From assembly GCF_006345805.1 (NCBI RefSeq), contig NC_042997.1, positions 86,676,001-86,740,000 of the forward strand: a DNA stretch of 64,000 bases, in the 5' to 3' direction. Each line of letters opens with the position of its first letter. The first letter of the stretch is position 1. The notes under the pieces were generated by a model. The model searched no databases. It saw nothing but the letters and a program-made list of their open reading frames with translations, and had not been told where the DNA came from. Both the position numbers and the translations under genes were made by a program. This stretch comes from Octopus sinensis (Eukaryota). This document shows, one piece after another, positions 39,389 through 50,228 of this stretch.

Positions 39389-39686
39389 TGCGGGAGATTT
39401 GAAATAAAGACATCTATCTTCTCTTCGTCGACGCAGACCTCTCCGGCGGTAATGCACCATTCCACGTGGCACGACCCGAACGCTAAAAATAGCAGCTGCT
39501 TTTCCCCTACCTTGACAAAGCGCTCACACGTCCAGCTCTGTCGGCTACCCCGATCGAAAAGGCCCAATGCTCCCCTGCCTGCGCGCGCGTCACCCCTGCC
39601 CTTCCTCTTCCGGTCAGCCCCTAGTTCCGGTCAGCTCCCCAGCTGCTGTTGTCATCCCACGCACCACCCTGATCTTAAAGATCACA
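39389..39686 (-). repeat. 3' LTR of the Gypsy element (~298 bp)
   Basis: On the minus strand it starts TGTGATC right after polypurine tract GGAGTAGAGAGAA (39687-39699) and ends CCCGCA against a (TA)n tract. Confidence 0.75.
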
Positions 39687-42420
39687 TTCTCTCTACTCCA
39701 CGCTAAAGTCCACCATCCAACCGGGAGGGGGCCTTGCGCGTCGAGATCTTCTGAGGCTAGGTACCTCGTTCCCCTCCTCTCTACAATCGTCATCCGACGA
39801 AGTGACAATCCTGCGAAGGTCAAGACATGTCGCAGCATTTCATCCGCGGAGACGTTGTTTCTGGAATTGACCGCCGTCACCGTTCCTCTGCTCCACTTCA
39901 GTGGCTTAATCCAGACTTCCTCCCCTATTTTCACGCAAACAGGTCCCTTCTCTTCCTCGTGGCCCTCTGGCGCTTTACTCGGATGCCTCCATTCATATTT
40001 AAATACCGCTCTGTGCGGCACAAATTCTTCAGCTTGTCCGGATCGGGGAGACATGTTGTACCAGAAAATTGTATCCAATGGCGAAATGTGCCCTCTTTCC
40101 ACTATGACTTGACTGTCCAATGGTGCCTCTCTACGATTCCGTTACCGCTTGGCCTATATGCTTCTCTGGACAAGCGACGCACTTTCCACCGGTCGAGCAT
40201 ATCCCTCAACGCTTCCGAACGAAATGCCGCCCCGTTGTCCATTAGCAGTTCTTCTATGGGACCCCTCTCTAAAAATATCCCATTTAAAATTTGCACAATC
40301 TCGTCAGCAATGCCCGTTCTCAACTCCCCCCAAATAGTCAGCCGACCCGATCTGCAGGCGACCATGGAGAGATACATTATCTGACGGTAGTGCGTCACAT
40401 CCACAGTTAGCCTCTTCCAGTTGTGCTCCACCGAAATGTTTCCTTGCTCATGCCCACATGGAGCAGGGTCAATGGACTGACACCTGTCACAGCTTCCGAC
40501 CACTTTCCGGATGCATCTCCAAGTAACGTCAGCATCAATTTTTTTGCGAGATACAGAGTCCTGTCCACACCCAAGTGATGCATAGCATGCAGTCTCTTCA
40601 GTTCGGAGTCATCCAACCAACACACCGCAGCTAACCCTTTCTGTGCCTCCTCTGGTTCTTCCAACCACGCCCTTTTCACCCTGGTCAGTGCGTCTGCCCT
40701 GTTTCTCTACGAAGGCACGAAAACCACGCTCAGCTTCAGTCCGAACTTGGCAATCAATTCTCCTAGATCTCCTAGACGGCGCTTCACCAACATCTCTGCG
40801 GCACCTTTCGTTTGTACTCTCCTCTCACCGGTGATCACCGATCCTACCCAGCCAAGCACTGGCCAAATTCGTCCGGATTTTGATTGAGCGCAGCCCCCAT
40901 TTCAGGGCCAAGTTCACCCCTTTCAACACCGCGTCTAATTCGGCGACATTGATGTGGTTAAAGTCATCTGCCTTCCGAAGCCAGGCACCTTCGATCTCCA
41001 GCACAACCCCTATCGCTATACTGCTAGCATCACACCCGACGGTCCCGCATTCCGTCTTGGGCACATACTAGTTCCCCCTGACCGGGTCTTCTGCTCTTGT
41101 CCTCTCTAGGATTTCCTGCATCATCGCCACCGTACTTTCTCCCACCTTGTCGCCCCAACTCTCCCCCTCCGCTCATCTCTTGTAACTGCACGCTGTGCGC
41201 AGCCATCCAGCGATCGGGTAGTGACCGACCAACTTCCCACACACCGAGAACAGCTCTCTCCTGCTGACACTGGAACTCAGCTCTGGGATTTCATTCCCTC
41301 TCCGGAACACCAACACACCCGATCTATCTCTTCGCAGCTTCAGCCCCAGTGCAGCTCCCGCTTCCATCGACTCCGGTGGCTTCGCAATCACTCTGAACTT
41401 CTCCAGATGTCTCACTACCTCGTTGGCTGGCACTACAGTTTCGTCCACCAAAATGTCGTCTATGTAGGAACTGGTGGCCTTTCTAATCTTGTCCTCTTTC
41501 CCTAGGATGGACTTAAGCACTGCCACCATGATCTTCGGAGCGGAATTCAGTCTGAAACCCAGCCTAGTTAAACAGTACGTCCGGCCCTTGTACTGCACCA
41601 GCTGATATCGCTACAGTTTGTCGCTCACATGGAGCTGCAAGTATGCCGATTTCAAGTCGACAATCGTCGCTGCCTTGGTCGACTGTCTCCACGCACGTAA
41701 CGTCTCGCCAAAAACGTCCATCGCCTCGCCTTCCGTGTGGCACGATAAGGACCCCTTCCTCGATCCACCTCTCCACTTCGTCTTCAAACTTGACCCTGGC
41801 ATGACCTTTCAAGGTATGCTGGTAGCAGCTCATTCTGTTTTTCAGCATCAGGGGCTCGTCCTTCCATCGCCACTCTATCGTCCACCGCTGACCATCGAAC
41901 GCCGCCTGATAATCTTTGTCCTCAATGGTGTAAGCGACGCAGTCCCTCGCGGGGCCTTGCTCTCTCTGGCGATCCTGACTCACAGCGCACGATGCCCCCA
42001 CGCTTCTGAACGTGACCTCATCTCCTACAATACTGACACCACCGAGGCGGTTGTTGGCGTCCATCCCCATCACCACATCAACCCCATCTATCACGCATTC
42101 AACCACAATTACCTGCAGCCTTAGCATCGTGCCTCGCACCACTATCTCTACCTTGCTGCTGCTTTTGCAACAGATTTCTGCATGGACGCTACTTGCCCTA
42201 TTCCATTTCTTCGTCACCCTTGAAGTCATGAGGGTGGTCGTGCAACCCGTATCCACGAGGGCCTTTAACATCTTCCCCTTAGCCTCGGCATTAATTAAAG
42301 GCAGTGTCTCCAAAAGCGCCTCTACTTGTTTGTGGGGAAAGTTCGAGAGGCAGCAACTTCCCCACGGTCATTTCCCTGGTCGCAATCACGAGCAATGTGC
42401 CCTGTCTGCCTGCATTGATA
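39389..42420 (-). mobile_element. Decayed Ty3/Gypsy LTR retrotransposon (gag knuckle, PR, RT, RH, IN, 3' LTR)
   Basis: Motifs in Gypsy order, spread over frameshifted ORFs: CYQCRQTGHIARDC zinc knuckle (~42380-42420), LVDTGC protease, DLKSAYLQ and TRLGFRLNSAP..YIDD RT, CDASS RNase H, and HHLG..CDRC..VDVT..DNGAAF..GNGIVERHH integrase. Confidence 0.93.
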
Positions 42421-42688
42421 GCAGATGATTTTCTTCTGGAGTTTTGTTTTGACAAGGAGGTTTTCCCCCTCTTTCTCAAAAGTTGTCATCACTTTTGAGA
42501 CAGTACTTCTTGATACACCAAACATTTCAGCTGTTTTCTTTACACTAGTACCTGTCATACGAGCACCAACAATTTTACATTTTTTTAAAGTTTGATAGAT
42601 CTGTCATTTTAATGAATTTTAATTACCTTTTTCTGATGATATCTGAAAAGAAACAGCAATTTTAGCATAACATATTAAGCAGTACTAA

Positions 42689-43827
42689 TCTCTTATTATA
42701 AAAGGCAGATTTTATCTGCCTCCCTTTGGGAGTTATACAAATCTACAATATAGGATTTCTTCAATTACAATTTACCTAGCATTTTTAAGAGTACAATGCA
42801 TCGCGTCATGCCAGGTCCAGTTTTTAAAATTTAAACTCCAATTAAGCAAAATTTACAGAAAACTCACATTCTGGTGTGTGTGTCAAATGCTTTTCTTAGT
42901 CTGGTTTACACCACACGCAAACGCACACACACACAAAGGGAGCGAATTGTTTCACTGACGCTATCACCCTTCTCCTCCTTTGTCTTTGCAAGTTTGCAGC
43001 TATTAAAGTGAAAACAGTGAATCCGACAGCGATAAAGAAAACGAATTGGTACCTGAATGGAGTGAAAATTTAAAAACTGTTTCTTTCGGTGAGTTTTGTG
43101 AAGAAACTGGACCAAGCCACAGACTTTCCCAGAAGAGTAAAGCCTTAGACTATTTCTATTTACTTTTTCGAATGAGCCTATTTGAAATCATTACGCTAAA
43201 CGTAAACAAACCGAAAGAAAGGATAGTTTGTTATTTCCCACAACCTTAAATGAAATTAAGGCCTATTTTGCCATAAATATTATTATGGGTATCAGAAAGT
43301 TACCCAGAATAACAAATTCTATTGTAAAATTTTGTTGTATACCCAATTGAATATTAGCTAATAACCCATTTTCTATAGCGATGTTTGAACAAAATTTTAA
43401 TAATTTTACAGAAAGTTACCCAGAATAACAAATTCTATTGTAAAATTTTGTTGTATACCCAATTGAATATTAGCTAATAACCCATTTTCTATAGCGATGT
43501 TTGAACAAAATTTTAATAATTTTACAGAAAGTTACCCAGAATAACAAACGAGCCCTTCTGGGTATTAGCGCGCGTCTACGATGAGTCTACGATTTTAAAA
43601 AAAATTACCATCATATTTTTCCATTTTAATGCATTTTTTTCGCTTTTATATAAGGGAAGTAACTCTCTAAAAATATCTACGATGTGTCAACGATTTAAAG
43701 AAAAATTTACCTTAATTTTTTTTCAATTTTTAATGCATTTTTTTGCTATTTTTTGGCTATAACTCTCTAAAAATGCTTATATAGTTATTTCCCTTACAAC
43801 CCGAGCAACGCCGGGCGATACTGCTAG
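42689..43827 (+). mobile_element. Non-autonomous Helitron
   Basis: 5' TC at 42689 after an A. A 3' hairpin (cccgagcaacgccggg) precedes CTAG (43824-43827), then T, so the target is A^T with no TSD. The 3' ~270 bp are shared with 53681-54343. Confidence 0.85.
43293..43548. repeat. 116-bp tandem duplication inside the Helitron
   Basis: cagaaagttacccagaataacaaa recurs at 43293, 43409 and 43525. Confidence 0.95.
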
Positions 43828-44135
43828 TAATAAATAAAAAAAAACATAAAAATAAATAAGCTTTTCAGGGTTTTATGGATATCTCAAAATTATGATGCTA
43901 TGATCCTAGGTGTTTCCATTATTTTGTCCAACCCATGTGTGTGTGTAGTATATACATATATAGGAATATTTACATATTAATTCTGTGTGTGTATCACTTC
44001 ACACACACATATTGTACACTTATGTGTACAAAAGGAATTTTAGATTTTTTAAAATCCTTTTTTATTCTTATTTATTTTTTTAGATTATCTCTGAACCTGT
44101 CAAGAAATGGCAGAATGTAAATGGTCATAATATGC

Positions 44136-44176
<41 letters not shown>

Positions 44177-44199
44177 ATATATATATATGTATATATCTA

Positions 44200-44430
44200 T
44201 GTATGTTTGTCTTAGTGTCTGTGTTTGACCCCCCCCATCACCACTTGACAGCTGGTGTTGGTGTATTTAGGTCCCAATAACTTAGCAGTTTAGCAAAAGA
44301 GACCAATAGAATAAGTACTAGGCTTAAAAAATAAGTCTGGGGGTCAATTTGTTTGGCTAAAAATCCTTCAAGGCAGTGCTCCAGCATGGCTGCAGTTAAA
44401 TGACTGAAACAAGTAAATGAATAGAAAAAT
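44200..44430 (+). mobile_element. Family C SINE 3' half
   Basis: gcaaaagagaccaatagaataagtactaggctt..gtgctccagcatggctgcag..tgactgaaacaagtaa. Confidence 0.65.
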
Positions 44431-44437
44431 AAATGCC

Positions 44438-45570
44438 TCATCATTTAATGTCTGTTTTCCATGCTGGTATGGGCTGGGTGGTTTGACAGGAGCAGGCAAA
44501 GCCAGAACCACACCAATCTTCATTGTTTTGGGATGGTTTCTACAGTTAGGTGCCCTTCCTAATGCCAAGCACTTTACAAAGTGATCTGGGTGCCTTTTAT
44601 GGACCAGTTGCTTTTTATAACTGGGTCACCAAGTACCTTGCAAGACAAAAAAACATTCAAATGGGATGGAGGAGTAGTATTGAAGGAGTGTGGCTTTGTG
44701 TCAGTTGGGAAATTAAAGATATAGGAACAGAGATAAGTGTCTTGCAGTAGAGTAGATACATAGATACCCCATTTGGAAAAGAAAAGAGAGCAAGCTAGAG
44801 AGTAACATAAGGAGAGCAACAATGAGAGGTATGATGGTGAAGATGTGTTGGGACATGCTCTCAAGGGATATTGAGGAATGTGAGAATAGGTGAGGTGATA
44901 TATAAAGGATAGGACTGGGTGAGTGGGAAGGAATGAGGTGATGGTAGTAAATGATGGAGAGCAATATAGGTGGGGCTCCAGGTATGTGGTTGTAGTAGAT
45001 GTGTGGGGGCATCAAGGGTGATAGTAGATAAGTGAAGTGTTAATGATGGAGGACAGCACAGGGTAAAGAAGGAGCAGAATGGAGGTGATTGGTGGAGAAA
45101 GTGGGCAGGGGAAGATAATGAAAAATGAAAGTGATTTGGTTTGGGGGTAAGTGAGGTAACTGAAAAAGCTGGCGGGTATAGTTCATGCCTTTTCTGCAGG
45201 AGATAGAAAAGTGGGATGAAATGAGCAGGGAAAAGATTGATATGGGTAGGGCAGAGCCCTTCATGGATAGGCATTATCAAGGTGGTTTTAGGATATCAAT
45301 TCTGCCATGGTGAACGGGTCTTCCTGAGTACAGTGGGGTGTCAGGTATCTCAGTCCTTTTGCTATCTTCTTTGTTAAGGTTCAGTATCTTGAGATCAGCC
45401 TTTGACACTTCATCCATGTCTTTATGGGTCTCCCACTTCCACAAGTTTCATCCACTTTAAGTGATCAGCACTTTTTTATGAAACTGTCCTTATCCTTATG
45501 CCATCACATGATCAAACTAGTCTGTCTCCTCTTGAGCATTGCATCCGATTCCTCTTATGCCTAACTTACT
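44438..45570 (-). mobile_element. Old RTE 3' fragment with purine-rich (plus-strand) tract
   Basis: Three parts: the tail catcatttaatgtctgttttccatgctgg at 44440, a G-rich tract at 44660-45270, and an ORF-end remnant (ccatgtctttatgggtctcccacttccacaagtttc = GTCGSGRP) at ~45410-45450. Confidence 0.6.
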
Positions 45571-45643
45571 CTCAATACACATATACTCTCTCTCACACAC
45601 ACATACATAATATATATATATATATATAATATATATATATATG

Positions 45644-46135
45644 TACAAAATAAGAAAATGGAGAAATACATCTAAATCATTTATCAACTACCAGATAATA
45701 CCCAATCACATACTTTATTAAACCACTACATAAGAACATTAGGGTTAAACATAAAAATATATAACAAAACAGCGTACATGAATGAGTAATACAATACAAT
45801 AAGTACAATCATTATAAGAGGATATAAATAAATAAATATAAATAGATATAAATATAAATATACACTATTGCATATTGTAAATAAATAAATATAAATAGAT
45901 ATAAATATAAATATACACTATTGTATATTTATATTTATATCTATTTATATTTATTTATTTATATCCTCTTATAATGATTATACTTATTGTATTGTATTAC
46001 TCATTCATGTATGCTGTTATATTTTTATGTTTAACCCTAATGTTCTTATGTAGTGGTTTAATAAAGTATGTGATTGGGTATTATCTGGTAGTTGATAAAT
46101 GATTTAGATGTATTTCTCCATTTTCTTATTTTGTA
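45644..46135. repeat. Long AT-rich palindrome (~220-bp arms, with an internal duplicated unit)
   Basis: tacaaaataagaaaatggagaaatacatctaaatc.. pairs with ..gatttagatgtatttctccattttcttattttgta. A related motif occurs at ~59703. Confidence 0.9.
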
Positions 46136-46307
46136 TTATTAATTTATGGTAAAAATAATTTTACCTTTGACCATGTAATACAGTAAATGAATTAATTGCA
46201 TCGCAATTCTTAACATTTATGTATTAACTTTGTTGGGTACTTCACTAGCAGTATATTGGATATATGTTATCCCATGGAGGGTTGAATTTGCAACCCCTAT
46301 CTCAATT

Positions 46308-46355
<48 letters not shown>

Positions 46356-46384
46356 TACATATATATATATACACATATATATAT

Positions 46385-48238
46385 GAAAGACAGTGTGTGA
46401 GAGAGAATTGTGATGTGGTAGGAGAGAAGTGTGTTTGCATGGAAGATGGTTCACTTGCGCAAAATGAGGCTGCAAAGAGAGAGGTTTGGAGACGCCACTA
46501 TGAAAGGTTGCTGAATAAAGAAAATGAATGGGATAAAGAGAGTCTGCCAAATGTTGACCAAACAGAGGGACCAGCTATCCGAGTTGACAGTTCCTTGGTA
46601 GTTAAGGCAATTAGATGCATGAAGACAGGGAAAGCCCCAGGCCCATCAGGAATCACTGTAGAGATGCTCAAAATATCTGGTAGTGTCGGCTATAGCCTAG
46701 TCACCCATATAGTTAATCAGGTGATACACGAAGGAGTCATACCCAATGACTGGTGTAGCAGCATAATAGTCAACTGCTACAAAGGTAAAGGTGACGTCCT
46801 AGATACAAATAATTACAGAGGTATCAAGCTGTTGGATCAGGTAATGAAGGTTACGGAGAGGGTCATAGCCCAACTAATTAGAGAGAGAGTTAGTTTAGAT
46901 GAGATGCAGTTTGGGTTCGTGCCAGGGAAAAGTACTACTGATGCTATATTCCTGGTAAGGCAGCTGCAGGAGAAATACCTAGCCAAAGATAAGCCCCTCT
47001 ACCTGGATTTTGTTGACATGGAGAAAGCCTTTGACAGGGTCCCCCAATCCCTTATCTGGTGGTCAATGAGGAAACTAGGGATAGATGAATGGTTAGTGAG
47101 AGCTGTGCGAGTCATGTACAGGGACGCTGCTAGTAAGGTGAGGGTTGGCAACGAGTACAGTGAAGAATTCTGGGTAGAGGTAGGGGTCCACCAAGGCTCA
47201 GTCCTCAGCCCCCTCCTATTTATCATAGTCCTCCAGGCAATAACGGAGGAATTCAAGACTGGATGCCCTTGGGAGCTCCTCTATGCTGATGACCTTGCTC
47301 TAATTGCTGAGTCACTATCAGAACTGGAGGAGAAGTTTCAGGTGTGGAAGCAAGGATTAGAATCGAAGGGCCTTAGAGTCAATCTAGCTAAAACCAAAGT
47401 CCTAATAAGTAGGAAGGTAGACAAATCACAAACGCCTTCAGGTAGATGGCCCTGCTCGATCTGTAGAAAAGGTGTAGGTAGAAACTCTATAAGATGCACC
47501 AAGTGTAAGTTATGGACACATAAGAGGTGCAGCAATGTCAAAGGAAGGCTAACTAAGAAGATAGTTTTTGTATGTGGTAGATGCTCGGGAACAATAAACA
47601 CTGAAAATGCTCTGAGACCAACTTCTGTCATTTTCCAGGGAGAAAAACTAGAAATAGTTGATAGCTTCCGTTAACTAGGTGACCAAGTCAGCAGCGGGGG
47701 TGGGTGTGCTGAAAGTGTAACTGCTAGAGTAACAATAGCTTGGGCAAAGTTCAGAGAGCTCTTACCTCTGCTGGTGACAAAAGGCCTCTCGCTCAGAGTA
47801 AAAGGCAAACTGTATGATGCGTGTGTACGAACAGCCATGCTACATGGCAGTGAAACATGGGCCGTGACTGCTGCGGATATGCGTAAGCTCACAAGAAATG
47901 AAGCCAGTATGCTCCGATGGATGTGTAATGACAGTGTTCATACTCGACAGAGTGTAAGTACCTTGAGAGAAAAGCTGGCCCTAAGAAGCATCAGATGTGG
48001 TGTGCAAGAGAGACGTTTGCGCTGGTATGGACATGTGGCGAGAATGGATGAAGATAGTTGTGTGAAAAAGTGTCACACCCTAGCGGTTGAGGGAACCTGT
48101 GGAAGAGGCAGACCCAGGAAAACCTGGGACGAGGTGGTGAAACACGACCTTCGAACTTTAGGTCTCACTGAGGAAATGACTAGAGACCGAGACCTCTGGA
48201 AGTATGCTGTGCGTGGGAAGACCCGGCAGGACAAGTGA
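46385..48238 (+). pseudogene. RTE reverse transcriptase ORF, N-terminally truncated, with one nonsense codon
   Basis: ORFs 46307-47674 and 47774-48238 are in the same frame. TAA at 47672-47674 replaces the Tyr of FRYLG. The APE domain is absent. Confidence 0.9.
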
Positions 48239-48389
48239 GACCATAACCCGTGGCCTCTACCAGGGATGTAGCCAGCCCACTTATGCATACCTTCCCTTCT
48301 TGGGACACAAACTCTACTTGTGAAGACCTGTTGAGGCAAGTGAGAATTAGAATCGAAATCGATCAATGGAAATTGCAGCTGAGTTACCA

Positions 48390-48670
48390 GTGCTGGTGGC
48401 ACGTAAGAGAACCATCCGAACATGGCCGTTGCCAGCGCCGCCCCGACTGGCCTCGTGCTGGTGGCACGTAAAAAGCACCATCCGTTCATGGCCGTTGCCA
48501 GCGCCGCCCCAACTGGCCTCGTGCCGGTGGCACGTAAAAAGCACCATCCGTTCGTGGCCGTTGCCAGCCTCACCTGGCCCCCGTGCCGGTGGCACATAAA
48601 AAGCACCACCCGATTGTGGCCGTTGCCAGCTTCGTCTGGTCTCCGTGCTGGTGGCACGTAAAAAGCACCC
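48390..48670 (+). repeat. 62-66-bp tandem array in the RTE 3' UTR
   Basis: ggtggcac recurs at 48395, 48460, 48526, 48588 and 48650. Confidence 0.9.
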
Positions 48671-48854
48671 ACTACACTCATGGAGTGGTTGGCGTTAGGA
48701 AGGGCATCCAGCCGTAGAAACATTGCCAGATCAAACTGGGCCTGGTGCAGCCTTCTGGCTTCCCAGACCCCAGTTGAACCGTCCAACCCATGCTAGCATG
48801 GAAAGCGGATGCTAAACGATGATGATGATGATGATGATGATGATATGTGTATAA

Positions 48855-48903
<49 letters not shown>

Positions 48904-49022
48904 GAGTGAGAGACAGAGAGAGAGTAAAGTTTATTTGCCAACATTCAGAAATAAACTTTATTCTATAGTACTGTTGCTGCATGTATCTTGTTCAGAGATT
49001 TAGAACTAATAGTTTTTCTGTT

Positions 49023-49175
<153 letters not shown>

Positions 49176-49467
49176 ATATATATAATTTGAATATAATCTG
49201 GGTAAAGTCAAAGGCACCTCATGGCACTCACATCTCCAGTTGACATGACAGACATTCTAACATTGTACCAAAACATGTTCATTTCAGCTTCTCTAATTGA
49301 TACACACACAAAACTATAAATGTTAGATCCAAGGATCGAGGTGTAAGAAGAAAGTGAGCTTCAAGCAATCCATAGAAAATATAAAACAACAACTTTCAGG
49401 AACAATTTTTATTTGCTAGAAAAGCAAATAAATATCCAAGAGTTAAGGAATGGAGTAGATAAAATCT

Positions 49468-49553
49468 GGGCTACATATGTTTCATAGCAAATGGAACCTT
49501 GGAAGTGGTAAATATCCAAATGAGGTGTATACCACAAGCTACCCTTCAGGCCA
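49468..49553 (-). ncRNA. Type-I hammerhead ribozyme-like motif (one core substitution)
   Basis: The minus strand reads ggc-CUGAAGG-guagc..(long loop with a guggua/uaccac hairpin)..gcuau-GAAAC-auau-GUA-gcc. Confidence 0.5.
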
Positions 49554-49885
49554 AGGGTATCTTGATTAAATGAAGTTTACTTTGTTGTTCGGATGCCCAT
49601 GTTAAACACATAGAGGATTCGATCCTCCTCCTCCTCCTCCTCACCGCCACCACCGCCGCCGCCGCCACCACAACCACCACCACCACCACCACCTAGTTCT
49701 GTCTACCATATTCACTCACAAGCTATTGGTTGGCCTGAGGGTATAATGTAGTAGAACTCATTTCTTCTTTGGGACTGAACTTGAAACCATGTGGTTACAA
49801 AACAAGCTTCTTAACCACACACGTGAGTGTGTGTGTGTGTGTATGTGTGTGTGTGTATGTGTGTGTGTGTATGTGTGTGTGTGTA

Positions 49886-50228
49886 TTCTTTTATTCTTTT
49901 ACTTGTGGCCATGCTAGAGCACCACCTTAAAGGGTTTTAGTTAAAGAAATCAACCCTAGGACTTATTCTTTGTAAGTCTAGTACTTATTCTATTGGTCTC
50001 TTTTGCCAAACCACAAAGTTATGGGGATGTAAATACACCAACATCAGTTGTCATGTGATGGTGGATGGTGGGTGGTGGCAAACAGACACAAACACACACA
50101 AACACACACACACACACGTATATATGATGGGTTTCTTTCAGTTTTCATCTACCAAATCCGCTTACAAGGCTTTGGTTTGCCTGAGGCTATAATAGAAGAC
50201 ACTTGCTCAGAGTGTCACACAGTGGGAT
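49886..50228 (-). mobile_element. Family C SINE
   Basis: Same tail, internal (CA)n and core as the other family C copies. Confidence 0.65.

Larger units (their letters stand above)
42421..43937 (-). mobile_element. Tc1-like transposon 5' half, interrupted by a Helitron
   Basis: From the ATG at 42607: MTDLSNF..KIVGARMTGTSVKKTAEMFGVSRSTVSKVMTTFEKEG (Tc1 paired-like HTH). A TIR-like ca.gggttggacaaaataatggaaacacct lies at ~43908-43937. Confidence 0.8.
46385..48843 (+). mobile_element. Young 5'-truncated RTE-clade LINE
   Basis: RT motifs KAPGPSG, NYRGIKLL, QFGF, DMEKAFDRV, GVHQGSVLSPLLF and YADD, then RRLRWYGHV..GRGRPRKTW, a 3' UTR and a (GAT)n tail. (TA)n flanks both sides. Confidence 0.95.

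Noticed and set aside
48073-48786. 237-aa antisense ORF over the RTE 3' end
   Set aside because: It is produced by the GC-rich tandem array and antisense RT codons, and has no recognisable domain.
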